A stretch of 64,000 nucleotides of DNA from Escherichia coli (lineage in GTDB: Bacteria; Pseudomonadota; Gammaproteobacteria; Enterobacterales; Enterobacteriaceae): the NCBI RefSeq assembly GCF_003334255.1, contig NZ_QOWU01000008.1; one strand, given 5' to 3'. Below the pieces are notes generated by a model. The model worked only from the letters and a program-made list of their open reading frames with translations, ran no database searches and had not been told where the DNA came from. A program made the translations under genes and the position numbers. Position 1 is the first letter of the stretch; every line of letters starts with the position of its first letter. Positions 1 to 14,775 of the stretch are shown here, one piece after another.

Positions 1-106
1 AGCGCGGTGGTCCCACCTGACCCCATGCCGAACTCAGAAGTGAAACGCCGTAGCGCCGATGGTAGTGTGGGGTCTCCCCATGCGAGAGTAGGGAACTGCC
101 AGGCAT
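1..106 (+). rRNA. rrfE: 5S ribosomal RNA, 3' portion (window starts inside the gene)
   Basis: Sequence matches the conserved enterobacterial 5S rRNA 3' region ending GGGAACTGCCAGGCAT and is followed by a hairpin/T-run terminator; operon identity (rrnE) is inferred from downstream gene order only. Confidence 0.85.
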
Positions 107-119
107 CAAATTAGAAAAA

Positions 120-146
120 CCCCGGTCCATAAGGCCGGGGTTTTTT
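120..146 (+). terminator. Rho-independent terminator of the rrn operon
   Basis: GC hairpin CCCCGGTCC..GGCCGGGG at 121-140 followed by T6 at 141-146. Confidence 0.8.
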
Positions 147-180
147 GCATATCAATTATTTGCATGATGAAGGGAATCTC

Positions 181-564
181 ATGTCAGTTCTGTATATCCA
201 AATTCGTCGTAATCAAATTACTGTTCGCGATCTTGAAAGCAAACGTGAAGTGTCAGGAGACGCTGCCTTCAGTAACCAGCGCCTGTTAATCGCCAATTTC
301 TTTGTTGCAGAAAAAGTTCTGCAAGATCTTGTTCTGCAACTCCACCCACGTTCAACCTGGCATTCTTTTTTGCCAGCAAAACGTATGGATATTGTTGTGA
401 GCGCGCTGGAAATGAATGAGGGCGGTTTGTCACAGGTTGAGGAACGCATTCTCCATGAAGTGGTCGCTGGGGCAACGTTAATGAAATATCGCCAGTTCCA
501 CATCCATGCGCAATCAGCGGTACTCAGTGATAGTGCGGTCATGGCAATGCTTAAGCAGAAATAA
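181..564 (+). CDS. yjaA: YjaA, small stress-response protein of unknown function
   Basis: ORF 145-564 (TTG at 145); trimmed to ATG at 181 (MSVLYIQ...) giving 127 aa as I recall for YjaA; start choice is uncertain. Confidence 0.7.
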   Translation: MSVLYIQIRRNQITVRDLESKREVSGDAAFSNQRLLIANFFVAEKVLQDLVLQLHPRSTWHSFLPAKRMDIVVSALEMNEGGLSQVEERILHEVVAGATLMKYRQFHIHAQSAVLSDSAVMAMLKQK

Positions 565-626
565 TCGTGTCACCATTGGTGGGTACTAAACCTGAAGTTC
601 AGCCCACCGGGATGAGAAAAAATCGC

Positions 627-1070
627 CTACGCCCCCACATACGCCAGATTCAGCAACGGATACGGTTTCCCCAAATCGTCCACCTCAGAGCGTCCCGTAA
701 CCTTAAAACCCACCTTCTTATAGAACCCAACCGCCTGCTCATTTTGCTCATTAACGTTGGTTGTCAGTTCCGGTGCCATCGAGAGCGCATGCTCCACCAG
801 CACCCGACCTACGCCGCAGCCGCGCACATCAGGATCGATAAACAGCGCATCCATATGCTGCCCACTTAGCAACATAAATCCAACCGGCTGATCCCGCTCA
901 TTAACCGCGACCCACAACGGCGCTTCCGGCAGGAAGGAACGAACTAGGTCCTCCAGCTCGGTCCGATACTCTGCTGATAGAAAATCGTGAGTGGCATCGA
1001 CAGAACGACACCAAATCGCAACGAGTTCCTCCCCTTCCTCATGCCGTGAGCGGCGAATACTAATAACCAT
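627..1070 (-). CDS. yjaB: GNAT-family N-acetyltransferase YjaB
   Basis: 147 aa ORF; recognised as YjaB from sequence memory and position between yjaA and metA. Confidence 0.8.
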   Translation of the reverse strand: MVISIRRSRHEEGEELVAIWCRSVDATHDFLSAEYRTELEDLVRSFLPEAPLWVAVNERDQPVGFMLLSGQHMDALFIDPDVRGCGVGRVLVEHALSMAPELTTNVNEQNEQAVGFYKKVGFKVTGRSEVDDLGKPYPLLNLAYVGA

Positions 1071-1182
1071 TTTCTCTCCTTTTAGTCATTCTTATATTCT
1101 AACGTAGTCTTTTCCTTGAAACTTTCTCACCTTCAACATGCAGGCTCGACATTGGCAAATTTTCTGGTTATCTTCAGCTATC

Positions 1183-1214
1183 TGGATGTCTAAACGTATA
1201 AGCGTATGTAGTGA
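1183..1214 (+). promoter_or_regulatory. Putative MetJ operator (tandem met-box-like octamers) upstream of metA
   Basis: GGATGTCT AAACGTAT AAGCGTAT resembles tandem AGACGTCT met boxes, 13-45 bp upstream of the metA ATG; pattern match only. Confidence 0.45.
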
Positions 1215-1226
1215 GGTAATCAGGTT

Positions 1227-2156
1227 ATGCCGATTCGTGTGCCGGACGAGCTACCCGCCGTCAATTTCTTGCGTGAAGAAAACGTCTTTGTGATGACAAC
1301 TTCTCGTGCGTCTGGTCAGGAAATTCGTCCACTTAAGGTTCTGATCCTTAACCTGATGCCGAAGAAGATTGAAACTGAAAATCAGTTTCTGCGCCTGCTT
1401 TCAAACTCACCTTTGCAGGTCGATATTCAGCTGTTGCGCATCGATTCCCGTGAATCGCGCAACACGCCCGCAGAGCATCTGAACAACTTCTACTGTAACT
1501 TTGAAGATATTCAGGATCAGAACTTTGACGGTTTGATTGTAACTGGTGCGCCGCTGGGCCTGGTGGAGTTTAATGATGTCGCTTACTGGCCGCAGATCAA
1601 ACAGGTGCTGGAGTGGTCGAAAGATCACGTCACCTCGACGCTGTTTGTCTGCTGGGCGGTACAGGCCGCGCTCAATATCCTCTACGGCATTCCTAAGCAA
1701 ACTCGCACCGACAAACTCTCTGGCGTTTACGAGCATCATATTCTCCATCCTCATGCGCTTCTGACGCGTGGCTTTGATGATTCATTCCTGGCACCGCATT
1801 CGCGCTATGCTGACTTTCCGGCAGCGTTGATTCGTGATTACACCGATCTGGAAATTCTGGCAGAGACGGAAGAAGGGGATGCATATCTGTTTGCCAGTAA
1901 AGATAAGCGCATTGCCTTTGTGACGGGCCATCCCGAATATGATGCGCAAACGCTGGCGCAGGAATTTTTCCGCGATGTGGAAGCCGGACTAGACCCGGAT
2001 GTACCGTATAACTATTTCCCGCACAATGATCCGCAAAATACACCGCGAGCGAGCTGGCGTAGTCACGGTAATTTACTGTTTACCAACTGGCTCAACTATT
2101 ACGTCTACCAGATCACGCCATACGATCTACGGCACATGAATCCAACGCTGGATTAA
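1227..2156 (+). CDS. metA: Homoserine O-succinyltransferase
   Basis: 309 aa ORF starting [36 protein letters not shown], recognised as MetA. Confidence 0.95.
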   Translation: MPIRVPDELPAVNFLREENVFVMTTSRASGQEIRPLKVLILNLMPKKIETENQFLRLLSNSPLQVDIQLLRIDSRESRNTPAEHLNNFYCNFEDIQDQNFDGLIVTGAPLGLVEFNDVAYWPQIKQVLEWSKDHVTSTLFVCWAVQAALNILYGIPKQTRTDKLSGVYEHHILHPHALLTRGFDDSFLAPHSRYADFPAALIRDYTDLEILAETEEGDAYLFASKDKRIAFVTGHPEYDAQTLAQEFFRDVEAGLDPDVPYNYFPHNDPQNTPRASWRSHGNLLFTNWLNYYVYQITPYDLRHMNPTLD

Positions 2157-2200
2157 TCTTCTGTGATAGTCGATCGTTAAGCGATTCAGCACCTTACCTC

Positions 2201-2225
2201 AGGCACCTTCGGGTGCCTTTTTTAT
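2201..2225 (+). terminator. Rho-independent terminator after metA
   Basis: Hairpin AGGCACC-TTCG-GGTGCCT followed by a T-run. Confidence 0.7.
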
Positions 2226-2299
2226 TTCCGAAACGTACCTCAGCAGGTGAATAAATTTTATTCATATTGTTATCAACAAGTTATCAAGTATTTTTAATT

Positions 2300-2330
2300 A
2301 AAATGGAAATTGTTTTTGATTTTGCATTTT
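2300..2330 (+). promoter_or_regulatory. Putative IclR operator in the aceBAK promoter region
   Basis: AAATGGAAATTGTTTTTGATTTTGCATTTT resembles the IclR box (TGGAAAT...) about 100 bp upstream of aceB; pattern match only. Confidence 0.4.
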
Positions 2331-2424
2331 AAATGAGTAGTCTTAGTTGTGCTGAACGAAAAGAGCACAACGATCCTTCGTTCACAGTGGGGAAGTTTTC
2401 GGATCCATGACGAGGAGCTGCACG

Positions 2425-4026
2425 ATGACTGAACAGGCAACAACAACCGATGAACTGGCTTTCACAAGGCCGTATGGCGAGCAGGAGAAGCAAATTCTTA
2501 CTGCCGAAGCGGTAGAATTTCTGACTGAGCTGGTGACGCATTTTACGCCACAACGCAATAAACTTCTGGCAGCGCGCATTCAGCAGCAGCAAGATATTGA
2601 TAACGGAACGTTGCCTGATTTTATTTCGGAAACAGCTTCCATTCGCTATGCTGATTGGAAAATTCGCGGGATTCCTGCGGACTTAGAAGACCGCCGCGTA
2701 GAGATAACTGGCCCGGTAGAGCGCAAGATGGTGATCAACGCGCTCAACGCCAATGTGAAAGTCTTTATGGCCGATTTCGAAGATTCACTGGCACCAGACT
2801 GGAACAAAGTGATCGACGGGCAAATTAACCTGCGTGATGCGGTTAACGGCACCATCAGTTACACCAATGAAGCAGGCAAAATTTACCAGCTCAAGCCCAA
2901 TCCAGCGGTTTTGATTTGTCGGGTACGCGGTCTGCACTTGCCGGAAAAACATGTCACCTGGCGTGGTGAGGCAATCCCCGGCAGCCTGTTTGATTTTGCG
3001 CTCTATTTCTTCCACAACTATCAGGCACTGTTGGCAAAGGGCAGTGGTCCCTATTTCTATCTGCCGAAAACCCAGTCCTGGCAGGAAGCGGCCTGGTGGA
3101 GCGAAGTCTTCAGCTATGCAGAAGATCGCTTTAATCTGCCGCGCGGCACCATCAAGGCGACGTTGCTGATTGAAACGCTGCCCGCCGTGTTCCAGATGGA
3201 TGAAATCCTTCACGCGCTGCGTGACCATATTGTTGGTCTGAACTGCGGTCGTTGGGATTACATCTTCAGCTATATCAAAACGTTGAAAAACTATCCCGAT
3301 CGCGTCCTGCCAGACAGACAGGCAGTGACGATGGATAAACCATTCCTGAATGCTTACTCACGCCTGTTGATTAAAACCTGCCATAAACGCGGTGCTTTTG
3401 CGATGGGCGGCATGGCGGCGTTTATTCCGAGCAAAGATGAAGAGCACAATAACCAGGTGCTCAACAAAGTAAAAGCGGATAAATCGCTGGAAGCCAATAA
3501 CGGTCACGATGGCACATGGATCGCTCACCCAGGCCTTGCGGACACGGCAATGGCGGTATTCAACGACATTCTCGGCTCCCGTAAAAATCAGCTTGAAGTG
3601 ATGCGCGAACAAGACGCGCCGATTACTGCCGATCAGCTGCTGGCACCTTGTGATGGTGAACGCACCGAAGAAGGTATGCGCGCCAACATTCGCGTGGCTG
3701 TGCAGTACATCGAAGCGTGGATCTCTGGCAACGGCTGTGTGCCGATTTATGGCCTGATGGAAGATGCGGCGACGGCTGAAATTTCCCGTACCTCGATCTG
3801 GCAGTGGATCCATCATCAAAAAACGTTGAGCAATGGCAAACCGGTGACCAAAGCCTTGTTCCGCCAGATGCTGGGCGAAGAGATGAAAGTCATTGCCAGC
3901 GAACTGGGCGAAGAACGTTTCTCCCAGGGGCGTTTTGACGATGCCGCACGCTTGATGGAACAGATCACCACTTCCGATGAGTTAATTGATTTCCTGACCC
4001 TGCCAGGCTACCGCCTGTTAGCGTAA
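2425..4026 (+). CDS. aceB: Malate synthase A (glyoxylate shunt)
   Basis: ORF 2407-4026 trimmed to ATG at 2425 ([20 protein letters not shown]...), 533 aa; recognised as AceB. Confidence 0.95.
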   Translation: MTEQATTTDELAFTRPYGEQEKQILTAEAVEFLTELVTHFTPQRNKLLAARIQQQQDIDNGTLPDFISETASIRYADWKIRGIPADLEDRRVEITGPVERKMVINALNANVKVFMADFEDSLAPDWNKVIDGQINLRDAVNGTISYTNEAGKIYQLKPNPAVLICRVRGLHLPEKHVTWRGEAIPGSLFDFALYFFHNYQALLAKGSGPYFYLPKTQSWQEAAWWSEVFSYAEDRFNLPRGTIKATLLIETLPAVFQMDEILHALRDHIVGLNCGRWDYIFSYIKTLKNYPDRVLPDRQAVTMDKPFLNAYSRLLIKTCHKRGAFAMGGMAAFIPSKDEEHNNQVLNKVKADKSLEANNGHDGTWIAHPGLADTAMAVFNDILGSRKNQLEVMREQDAPITADQLLAPCDGERTEEGMRANIRVAVQYIEAWISGNGCVPIYGLMEDAATAEISRTSIWQWIHHQKTLSNGKPVTKALFRQMLGEEMKVIASELGEERFSQGRFDDAARLMEQITTSDELIDFLTLPGYRLLA

Positions 4027-4055
4027 ACCACCACATAACTATGGAGCATCTGCAC

Positions 4056-5360
4056 ATGAAAACCCGTACACAACAAATTGAAGAATTACAGAAAGAGTGG
4101 ACTCAACCGCGTTGGGAAGGCATTACTCGCCCATACAGTGCGGAAGATGTGGTGAAATTACGCGGTTCAGTCAATCCTGAATGCACGCTGGCGCAACTGG
4201 GCGCAGCGAAAATGTGGCGTCTGCTGCACGGTGAGTCGAAAAAAGGCTACATCAACAGCCTCGGCGCACTGACTGGCGGTCAGGCGCTGCAACAGGCGAA
4301 AGCGGGTATTGAAGCAGTCTATCTGTCGGGATGGCAGGTAGCGGCGGACGCTAACCTGGCGGCCAGCATGTATCCGGATCAGTCGCTCTATCCGGCAAAC
4401 TCGGTGCCAGCTGTGGTGGAGCGGATCAACAACACCTTCCGTCGTGCCGATCAGATCCAATGGTCCGCGGGCATTGAGCCGGGCGATCCGCGCTATGTCG
4501 ATTACTTCCTGCCGATCGTTGCCGATGCGGAAGCCGGTTTTGGCGGTGTCCTGAATGCCTTTGAACTGATGAAAGCGATGATTGAAGCCGGTGCAGCGGC
4601 AGTTCACTTCGAAGATCAGCTGGCGTCAGTGAAGAAATGCGGTCACATGGGCGGCAAAGTTTTAGTGCCAACTCAGGAAGCTATTCAGAAACTGGTCGCG
4701 GCGCGTCTGGCAGCTGACGTGACGGGCGTTCCAACCCTGCTGGTTGCCCGTACCGATGCTGATGCGGCGGATCTGATCACCTCCGATTGCGACCCGTATG
4801 ACAGCGAATTTATTACCGGCGAGCGTACCAGTGAAGGCTTCTTCCGTACTCATGCGGGCATTGAGCAAGCGATCAGCCGTGGCCTGGCGTATGCGCCATA
4901 TGCTGACCTGGTCTGGTGTGAAACCTCCACGCCGGATCTGGAACTGGCGCGTCGCTTTGCACAAGCTATCCACGCGAAATATCCGGGCAAACTGCTGGCT
5001 TATAACTGCTCGCCGTCGTTCAACTGGCAGAAAAACCTCGACGACAAAACTATTGCCAGCTTCCAGCAGCAGCTGTCGGATATGGGCTACAAGTTCCAGT
5101 TCATCACCCTGGCAGGTATCCACAGCATGTGGTTCAACATGTTTGACCTGGCAAACGCCTATGCCCAGGGCGAGGGTATGAAGCACTACGTTGAGAAAGT
5201 GCAGCAGCCGGAATTTGCCGCCGCGAAAGATGGCTATACCTTCGTATCTCACCAGCAGGAAGTGGGTACAGGTTACTTCGATAAAGTGACGACTATTATT
5301 CAGGGCGGCACGTCTTCAGTCACCGCGCTGACCGGCTCCACTGAAGAATCGCAGTTCTAA
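4056..5360 (+). CDS. aceA: Isocitrate lyase
   Basis: ORF 4041-5360 trimmed to ATG at 4056 ([22 protein letters not shown]...), 434 aa; recognised as AceA; 14 bp downstream of aceB stop. Confidence 0.95.
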   Translation: MKTRTQQIEELQKEWTQPRWEGITRPYSAEDVVKLRGSVNPECTLAQLGAAKMWRLLHGESKKGYINSLGALTGGQALQQAKAGIEAVYLSGWQVAADANLAASMYPDQSLYPANSVPAVVERINNTFRRADQIQWSAGIEPGDPRYVDYFLPIVADAEAGFGGVLNAFELMKAMIEAGAAAVHFEDQLASVKKCGHMGGKVLVPTQEAIQKLVAARLAADVTGVPTLLVARTDADAADLITSDCDPYDSEFITGERTSEGFFRTHAGIEQAISRGLAYAPYADLVWCETSTPDLELARRFAQAIHAKYPGKLLAYNCSPSFNWQKNLDDKTIASFQQQLSDMGYKFQFITLAGIHSMWFNMFDLANAYAQGEGMKHYVEKVQQPEFAAAKDGYTFVSHQQEVGTGYFDKVTTIIQGGTSSVTALTGSTEESQF

Positions 5361-5380
5361 GCAACAACAACCGTTGCTGA

Positions 5381-5618
5381 CTGTAGGCCGGATAAGGCGT
5401 TCACGCCGCATCCGGCAATCGGTGCACGATGCCTGATGCGACGCTTGCGCGTCTTATCATGCCTACAGCCGTTGCCGAACGTAGGCCGGATAAGGCATTT
5501 ACGCCGCATCCGGCAATCGGTGCACGATGCCTGATGCGACGCTTGCGCGTCTTATCATGCCTACAACCGTTGCCGAACGTAGGCTGGATAAGGCGTTTAC
5601 GCCGCATCCGGCAATTCT
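5381..5618. repeat. REP/BIME array: about 2.4 tandem copies of a 98-bp unit built from REP palindromes
   Basis: TAGGCCGGATAAGGCG..CGCCGCATCCGGCA recurs at 5384, 5482 and 5580; classic REP consensus in the aceA-aceK spacer. Confidence 0.85.
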
Positions 5619-5640
5619 CTGCTCCTGATGAGGGCGCTAA

Positions 5641-9532
<3,892 letters not shown>

Positions 9533-9848
9533 TTAAATATCTCATTGTTTATTGATGTCTTGAATTTTAACTATCAGAACAGTGAAAAAATTTAATATGA
9601 TTACAACTAAAGAAATATCATAAATCGCTCAATCTCATAATGCAGCCGTAAAAGTTTCGGTGGAATGAGATCTTGCGATTTTGTTAATAATTAAGTGGTT
9701 TGATGTTTAAAAATAATGCTGAGTTAATAAAAGTGTGTGAAGTGTATGACATTAAGTTATTTTGGCGTCAATGCGATTAACAGACACCCTTATTCTATTG
9801 CCACTCAGGTATGATGGGCAGAATATTGCCTCTGCCCGCCAGAAAAAG

Positions 9849-10673
9849 TCAGCGCATTCCACCGTACGCCAGCGTCACTTCCTTCGCCGCTTTAATCACC
9901 ATCGCGCCAAACTCGGTCACGCGGTCATCGGTAATACGTGAAATCGGTCCGGAAATAGAAATTGCGGCAAACGGTTCACGGTGCTCATCGAAAATACACG
10001 CTGCAAGGCAACGTAGCCCCAGTGCATGTTCCTCATCGTCAAATGAATAACCCCGTTTGCGCGTTTGGGCGAGATCTTCTTTTAAATGCACAGGAGACAC
10101 CAGCGTTGCGTGGGTATAGGCATGTAACCCTTTGCGGTGCAGCAGCTTCGTCACCTGTTCTTCGCTCAGTTGGGCTAAAAAGGCTTTACCCGCACCGGAA
10201 GCGTGCATCGGCAATTTACCGCCGATAGGCGCGGACATTCGCATCAGATGCGTACACTGTACCTGGTCGATAATAATCGCTTCGTGATCGCTTTGATCAA
10301 GCACCGCCATATTGACCGTTTCGCCAGACTCTTCCATTAGATTGCGCAGGATAGGGTGAACAATCGCTAACAAATTACGGCTCTGGAGAAAGCTGCTGCC
10401 GACCATAAAGGCATGTGCGCCGATTGCCCAATGTCCCAGTTCGCCAACCTGACGCACGAAACCCTGCTGTTGCATCGTGGTTAGCAGGCGGTGGGTCGTG
10501 GAATTGGGTAACCCGGCTTGTTGCGCCAGTTCCGTGAGTGCCACACTGCCATTGGATTCGGCAATCCACTCCAGTAATTTCAGGCCACGCGTTAAAGACT
10601 GAACCTGTCCAGTCGCTGGTGCGGTGGCAACGGCGGGTTTTCTGCCGCGTTTCGCGGGAATGGGTGCGACCAT
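9849..10673 (-). CDS. iclR: IclR transcriptional repressor of the glyoxylate shunt operon
   Basis: ORF 9849-10712 trimmed to ATG at 10673 (MVAPIPAKRGRKPAVATAPATGQVQ...), 274 aa. Confidence 0.9.
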   Translation of the reverse strand: MVAPIPAKRGRKPAVATAPATGQVQSLTRGLKLLEWIAESNGSVALTELAQQAGLPNSTTHRLLTTMQQQGFVRQVGELGHWAIGAHAFMVGSSFLQSRNLLAIVHPILRNLMEESGETVNMAVLDQSDHEAIIIDQVQCTHLMRMSAPIGGKLPMHASGAGKAFLAQLSEEQVTKLLHRKGLHAYTHATLVSPVHLKEDLAQTRKRGYSFDDEEHALGLRCLAACIFDEHREPFAAISISGPISRITDDRVTEFGAMVIKAAKEVTLAYGGMR

Positions 10674-10872
10674 GACAGTCTCCTTTTTCTGTATCGTGGA
10701 AATCATTTTCATTTTTATTGTTAGCTAATGCAATAGTTACTGAACTGATCCGATGAGTTAATGTTGAACAAATCTCATGTTGCGTGGTGGTCGCTTTTAC
10801 CACAGATGCGTTTATGCCAGTATGGTTTGTTGAATTTTTATTAAATCTGGGTTGAGCGTGTCGGGAGCAAGT

Positions 10873-13800
10873 GTGAGCAGCAAAGTGGAACAACTGCGTG
10901 CGCAGTTAAATGAACGTATTCTGGTGCTGGACGGCGGTATGGGCACCATGATCCAGAGTTATCGACTGAACGAAGCCGATTTTCGTGGTGAACGCTTTGC
11001 CGACTGGCCATGCGACCTCAAAGGCAACAACGACCTGCTGGTACTCAGTAAACCGGAAGTGATCGCCGCTATCCACAACGCCTACTTTGAAGCGGGCGCG
11101 GATATCATCGAAACCAACACCTTCAACTCCACGACCATTGCGATGGCGGATTACCAGATGGAATCCCTGTCGGCGGAAATCAACTTTGCGGCGGCGAAAC
11201 TGGCGCGAGCTTGTGCTGACGAGTGGACCGCGCGCACGCCAGAGAAACCGCGCTACGTTGCCGGTGTTCTCGGCCCGACCAACCGCACGGCGTCTATTTC
11301 TCCGGACGTCAACGATCCGGCATTTCGTAATATCACTTTTGACGGGCTGGTGGCGGCTTATCGAGAGTCCACCAAAGCGCTGGTGGAAGGTGGCGCGGAT
11401 CTGATCCTGATTGAAACCGTTTTCGACACCCTTAACGCCAAAGCGGCGGTATTTGCGGTGAAAACGGAGTTTGAAGCGCTGGGCGTTGAGCTGCCGATTA
11501 TGATCTCCGGCACCATCACCGACGCCTCCGGGCGCACGCTCTCCGGGCAGACCACCGAAGCATTTTACAACTCATTGCGCCACGCCGAAGCTCTGACCTT
11601 TGGCCTGAACTGTGCGCTGGGGCCCGATGAACTGCGCCAGTACGTGCAGGAGCTGTCACGGATTGCGGAATGCTACGTCACCGCGCACCCGAACGCCGGG
11701 CTACCCAACGCCTTTGGTGAGTACGATCTCGACGCCGACACGATGGCAAAACAGATACGTGAATGGGCGCAAGCGGGTTTTCTCAATATCGTCGGCGGCT
11801 GCTGTGGCACCACGCCACAACATATTGCAGCGATGAGTCGTGCAGTAGAAGGATTAGCGCCGCGCAAACTGCCGGAAATTCCCGTAGCCTGCCGTTTGTC
11901 CGGCCTGGAGCCGCTGAACATTGGCGAAGATAGCCTGTTTGTGAACGTGGGTGAACGCACCAACGTCACCGGTTCCGCTAAGTTCAAGCGCCTGATCAAA
12001 GAAGAGAAATACAGCGAGGCGCTGGATGTCGCGCGTCAACAGGTGGAAAACGGCGCGCAGATTATCGATATCAACATGGATGAAGGGATGCTCGATGCCG
12101 AAGCGGCGATGGTGCGTTTTCTCAATCTGATTGCCGGTGAACCGGATATCGCTCGCGTGCCGATTATGATCGACTCCTCAAAATGGGACGTCATTGAAAA
12201 AGGTCTGAAGTGTATCCAGGGCAAAGGCATTGTTAACTCTATCTCGATGAAAGAGGGCGTCGATGCCTTTATCCATCACGCGAAATTGTTGCGTCGCTAC
12301 GGTGCGGCAGTGGTGGTAATGGCCTTTGACGAACAGGGACAGGCCGATACTCGCGCACGGAAAATCGAGATTTGCCGTCGGGCGTACAAAATCCTCACCG
12401 AAGAGGTTGGCTTCCCGCCAGAAGATATCATCTTCGACCCAAACATCTTCGCGGTCGCAACTGGCATTGAAGAGCACAACAACTACGCGCAGGACTTTAT
12501 CGGCGCGTGTGAAGACATCAAACGCGAACTGCCGCACGCGCTGATTTCCGGCGGCGTATCTAACGTTTCTTTCTCGTTCCGTGGCAACGATCCGGTGCGC
12601 GAAGCCATTCACGCAGTGTTCCTCTACTACGCTATTCGCAATGGCATGGATATGGGGATCGTCAACGCCGGGCAACTGGCGATTTACGACGACCTACCCG
12701 CTGAACTGCGCGACGCGGTGGAAGATGTGATTCTTAATCGTCGCGACGATGGCACCGAGCGTTTACTGGAGCTTGCCGAGAAATATCGCGGCAGCAAAAC
12801 CGACGACACCGCCAACGCCCAGCAGGCGGAGTGGCGCTCGTGGGAAGTGAATAAACGTCTGGAATACTCGCTGGTCAAAGGCATTACCGAGTTTATCGAG
12901 CAGGATACCGAAGAAGCCCGCCAGCAGGCTACGCGCCCGATTGAAGTGATTGAAGGCCCGTTGATGGACGGCATGAATGTGGTCGGCGACCTGTTTGGCG
13001 AAGGGAAAATGTTCCTGCCACAGGTGGTCAAATCGGCGCGCGTCATGAAACAGGCGGTGGCCTACCTCGAACCGTTTATTGAAGCCAGCAAAGAGCAGGG
13101 CAAAACCAACGGCAAGATGGTGATCGCCACCGTGAAGGGCGACGTCCACGACATCGGTAAAAATATCGTTGGTGTGGTGCTGCAATGTAACAACTACGAA
13201 ATTGTCGATCTCGGCGTTATGGTGCCTGCGGAAAAAATTCTCCGTACCGCTAAAGAAGTGAATGCTGATCTGATTGGCCTTTCGGGGCTTATCACGCCGT
13301 CGCTGGACGAGATGGTTAACGTGGCGAAAGAGATGGAGCGTCAGGGCTTCACTATTCCGTTACTGATTGGCGGCGCGACGACCTCAAAAGCGCACACGGC
13401 GGTGAAAATCGAGCAGAACTACAGCGGCCCGACGGTGTATGTGCAGAATGCCTCGCGTACCGTTGGTGTGGTGGCGGCGCTGCTTTCCGATACCCAGCGT
13501 GATGATTTTGTCGCTCGTACCCGCAAGGAGTACGAAACCGTACGTATTCAGCACGGGCGCAAGAAACCGCGCACACCACCGGTCACGCTGGAAGCGGCGC
13601 GCGATAACGATTTCGCTTTTGACTGGCAGGCTTACACGCCGCCGGTGGCGCACCGTCTCGGCGTGCAGGAAGTCGAAGCCAGCATCGAAACGCTGCGTAA
13701 TTACATCGACTGGACACCGTTCTTTATGACCTGGTCGCTGGCCGGGAAGTATCCGCGCATTCTGGAAGATGAAGTGGTGGGCGTTGAGGCGCAGCGGCTG

Positions 13801-14556
13801 TTTAAAGACGCCAACGACATGCTGGATAAATTAAGCGCCGAGAAAACGCTGAATCCGCGTGGCGTGGTGGGCCTGTTCCCGGCAAACCGTGTGGGCGATG
13901 ACATTGAAATCTACCGTGACGAAACGCGTACCCATGTGATCAACGTCAGCCACCATCTGCGTCAACAGACCGAAAAAACAGGCTTCGCTAACTACTGTCT
14001 CGCTGACTTCGTTGCGCCGAAGCTTTCTGGTAAAGCAGATTACATCGGCGCATTTGCCGTGACTGGCGGGCTGGAAGAGGACGCACTGGCTGATGCCTTT
14101 GAAGCGCAGCACGATGATTACAACAAAATCATGGTGAAAGCGCTTGCCGACCGTTTAGCCGAAGCCTTTGCGGAGTATCTCCATGAGCGTGTGCGTAAAG
14201 TCTACTGGGGCTATGCGCCGAACGAGAACCTCAGCAACGAAGAGCTGATCCGCGAAAACTACCAGGGCATCCGTCCGGCACCGGGCTATCCGGCCTGCCC
14301 GGAACATACGGAAAAAGCCACCATCTGGGAGCTGCTGGAAGTGGAAAAACACACTGGCATGAAACTCACAGAATCTTTCGCCATGTGGCCCGGTGCATCG
14401 GTTTCGGGTTGGTACTTCAGCCACCCGGACAGCAAGTACTACGCTGTAGCACAAATTCAGCGCGATCAGGTTGAAGATTATGCCCGCCGTAAAGGTATGA
14501 GCGTTACCGAAGTTGAGCGCTGGCTGGCACCGAATCTGGGGTATGACGCGGACTGA
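10873..14556 (+). CDS. metH: Cobalamin-dependent methionine synthase
   Basis: ORF 10852-14556 trimmed to GTG at 10873 ([28 protein letters not shown]), 1227 aa; recognised as MetH. Confidence 0.95.
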   Translation: MSSKVEQLRAQLNERILVLDGGMGTMIQSYRLNEADFRGERFADWPCDLKGNNDLLVLSKPEVIAAIHNAYFEAGADIIETNTFNSTTIAMADYQMESLSAEINFAAAKLARACADEWTARTPEKPRYVAGVLGPTNRTASISPDVNDPAFRNITFDGLVAAYRESTKALVEGGADLILIETVFDTLNAKAAVFAVKTEFEALGVELPIMISGTITDASGRTLSGQTTEAFYNSLRHAEALTFGLNCALGPDELRQYVQELSRIAECYVTAHPNAGLPNAFGEYDLDADTMAKQIREWAQAGFLNIVGGCCGTTPQHIAAMSRAVEGLAPRKLPEIPVACRLSGLEPLNIGEDSLFVNVGERTNVTGSAKFKRLIKEEKYSEALDVARQQVENGAQIIDINMDEGMLDAEAAMVRFLNLIAGEPDIARVPIMIDSSKWDVIEKGLKCIQGKGIVNSISMKEGVDAFIHHAKLLRRYGAAVVVMAFDEQGQADTRARKIEICRRAYKILTEEVGFPPEDIIFDPNIFAVATGIEEHNNYAQDFIGACEDIKRELPHALISGGVSNVSFSFRGNDPVREAIHAVFLYYAIRNGMDMGIVNAGQLAIYDDLPAELRDAVEDVILNRRDDGTERLLELAEKYRGSKTDDTANAQQAEWRSWEVNKRLEYSLVKGITEFIEQDTEEARQQATRPIEVIEGPLMDGMNVVGDLFGEGKMFLPQVVKSARVMKQAVAYLEPFIEASKEQGKTNGKMVIATVKGDVHDIGKNIVGVVLQCNNYEIVDLGVMVPAEKILRTAKEVNADLIGLSGLITPSLDEMVNVAKEMERQGFTIPLLIGGATTSKAHTAVKIEQNYSGPTVYVQNASRTVGVVAALLSDTQRDDFVARTRKEYETVRIQHGRKKPRTPPVTLEAARDNDFAFDWQAYTPPVAHRLGVQEVEASIETLRNYIDWTPFFMTWSLAGKYPRILEDEVVGVEAQRLFKDANDMLDKLSAEKTLNPRGVVGLFPANRVGDDIEIYRDETRTHVINVSHHLRQQTEKTGFANYCLADFVAPKLSGKADYIGAFAVTGGLEEDALADAFEAQHDDYNKIMVKALADRLAEAFAEYLHERVRKVYWGYAPNENLSNEELIRENYQGIRPAPGYPACPEHTEKATIWELLEVEKHTGMKLTESFAMWPGASVSGWYFSHPDSKYYAVAQIQRDQVEDYARRKGMSVTEVERWLAPNLGYDAD

Positions 14557-14588
14557 TTCACAAATCTGTCACTTTTCCTTACAACAAA

Positions 14589-14620
14589 CAGGGCGCTCAA
14601 TGAGTGCCCTGTCTCTTTAT
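14589..14620 (+). terminator. Putative rho-independent terminator after metH
   Basis: Hairpin CAGGGCGCTCA-A-TGAGTGCCCTG followed by the T-rich stretch TCTCTTTATT. Confidence 0.6.
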
Positions 14621-14775
14621 TAATATGAAACACTTATACTGGAAACAGGCTGGAATAATCTTAGCCGGAAAAACGAATGTCAAAAGGCACAGTAAAGATG
14701 CCAGTCAGCGTGTTTCCGGTCCTTTGGTCATTCAATTGCTTCAGGAACATATAACGATAAGGAGAACCTGAACTC

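Noticed and set aside
10375-10893. 172-aa minus-strand ORF spanning the iclR 5' end and the iclR-metH intergenic region
   Set aside because: Overlaps iclR in another frame and crosses promoter DNA; no independent support
11087-14454. Multiple antisense and alternate-frame ORFs (60-165 aa) inside metH
   Set aside because: Embedded within a long, confidently identified coding sequence; typical chance ORFs in GC-rich coding DNA
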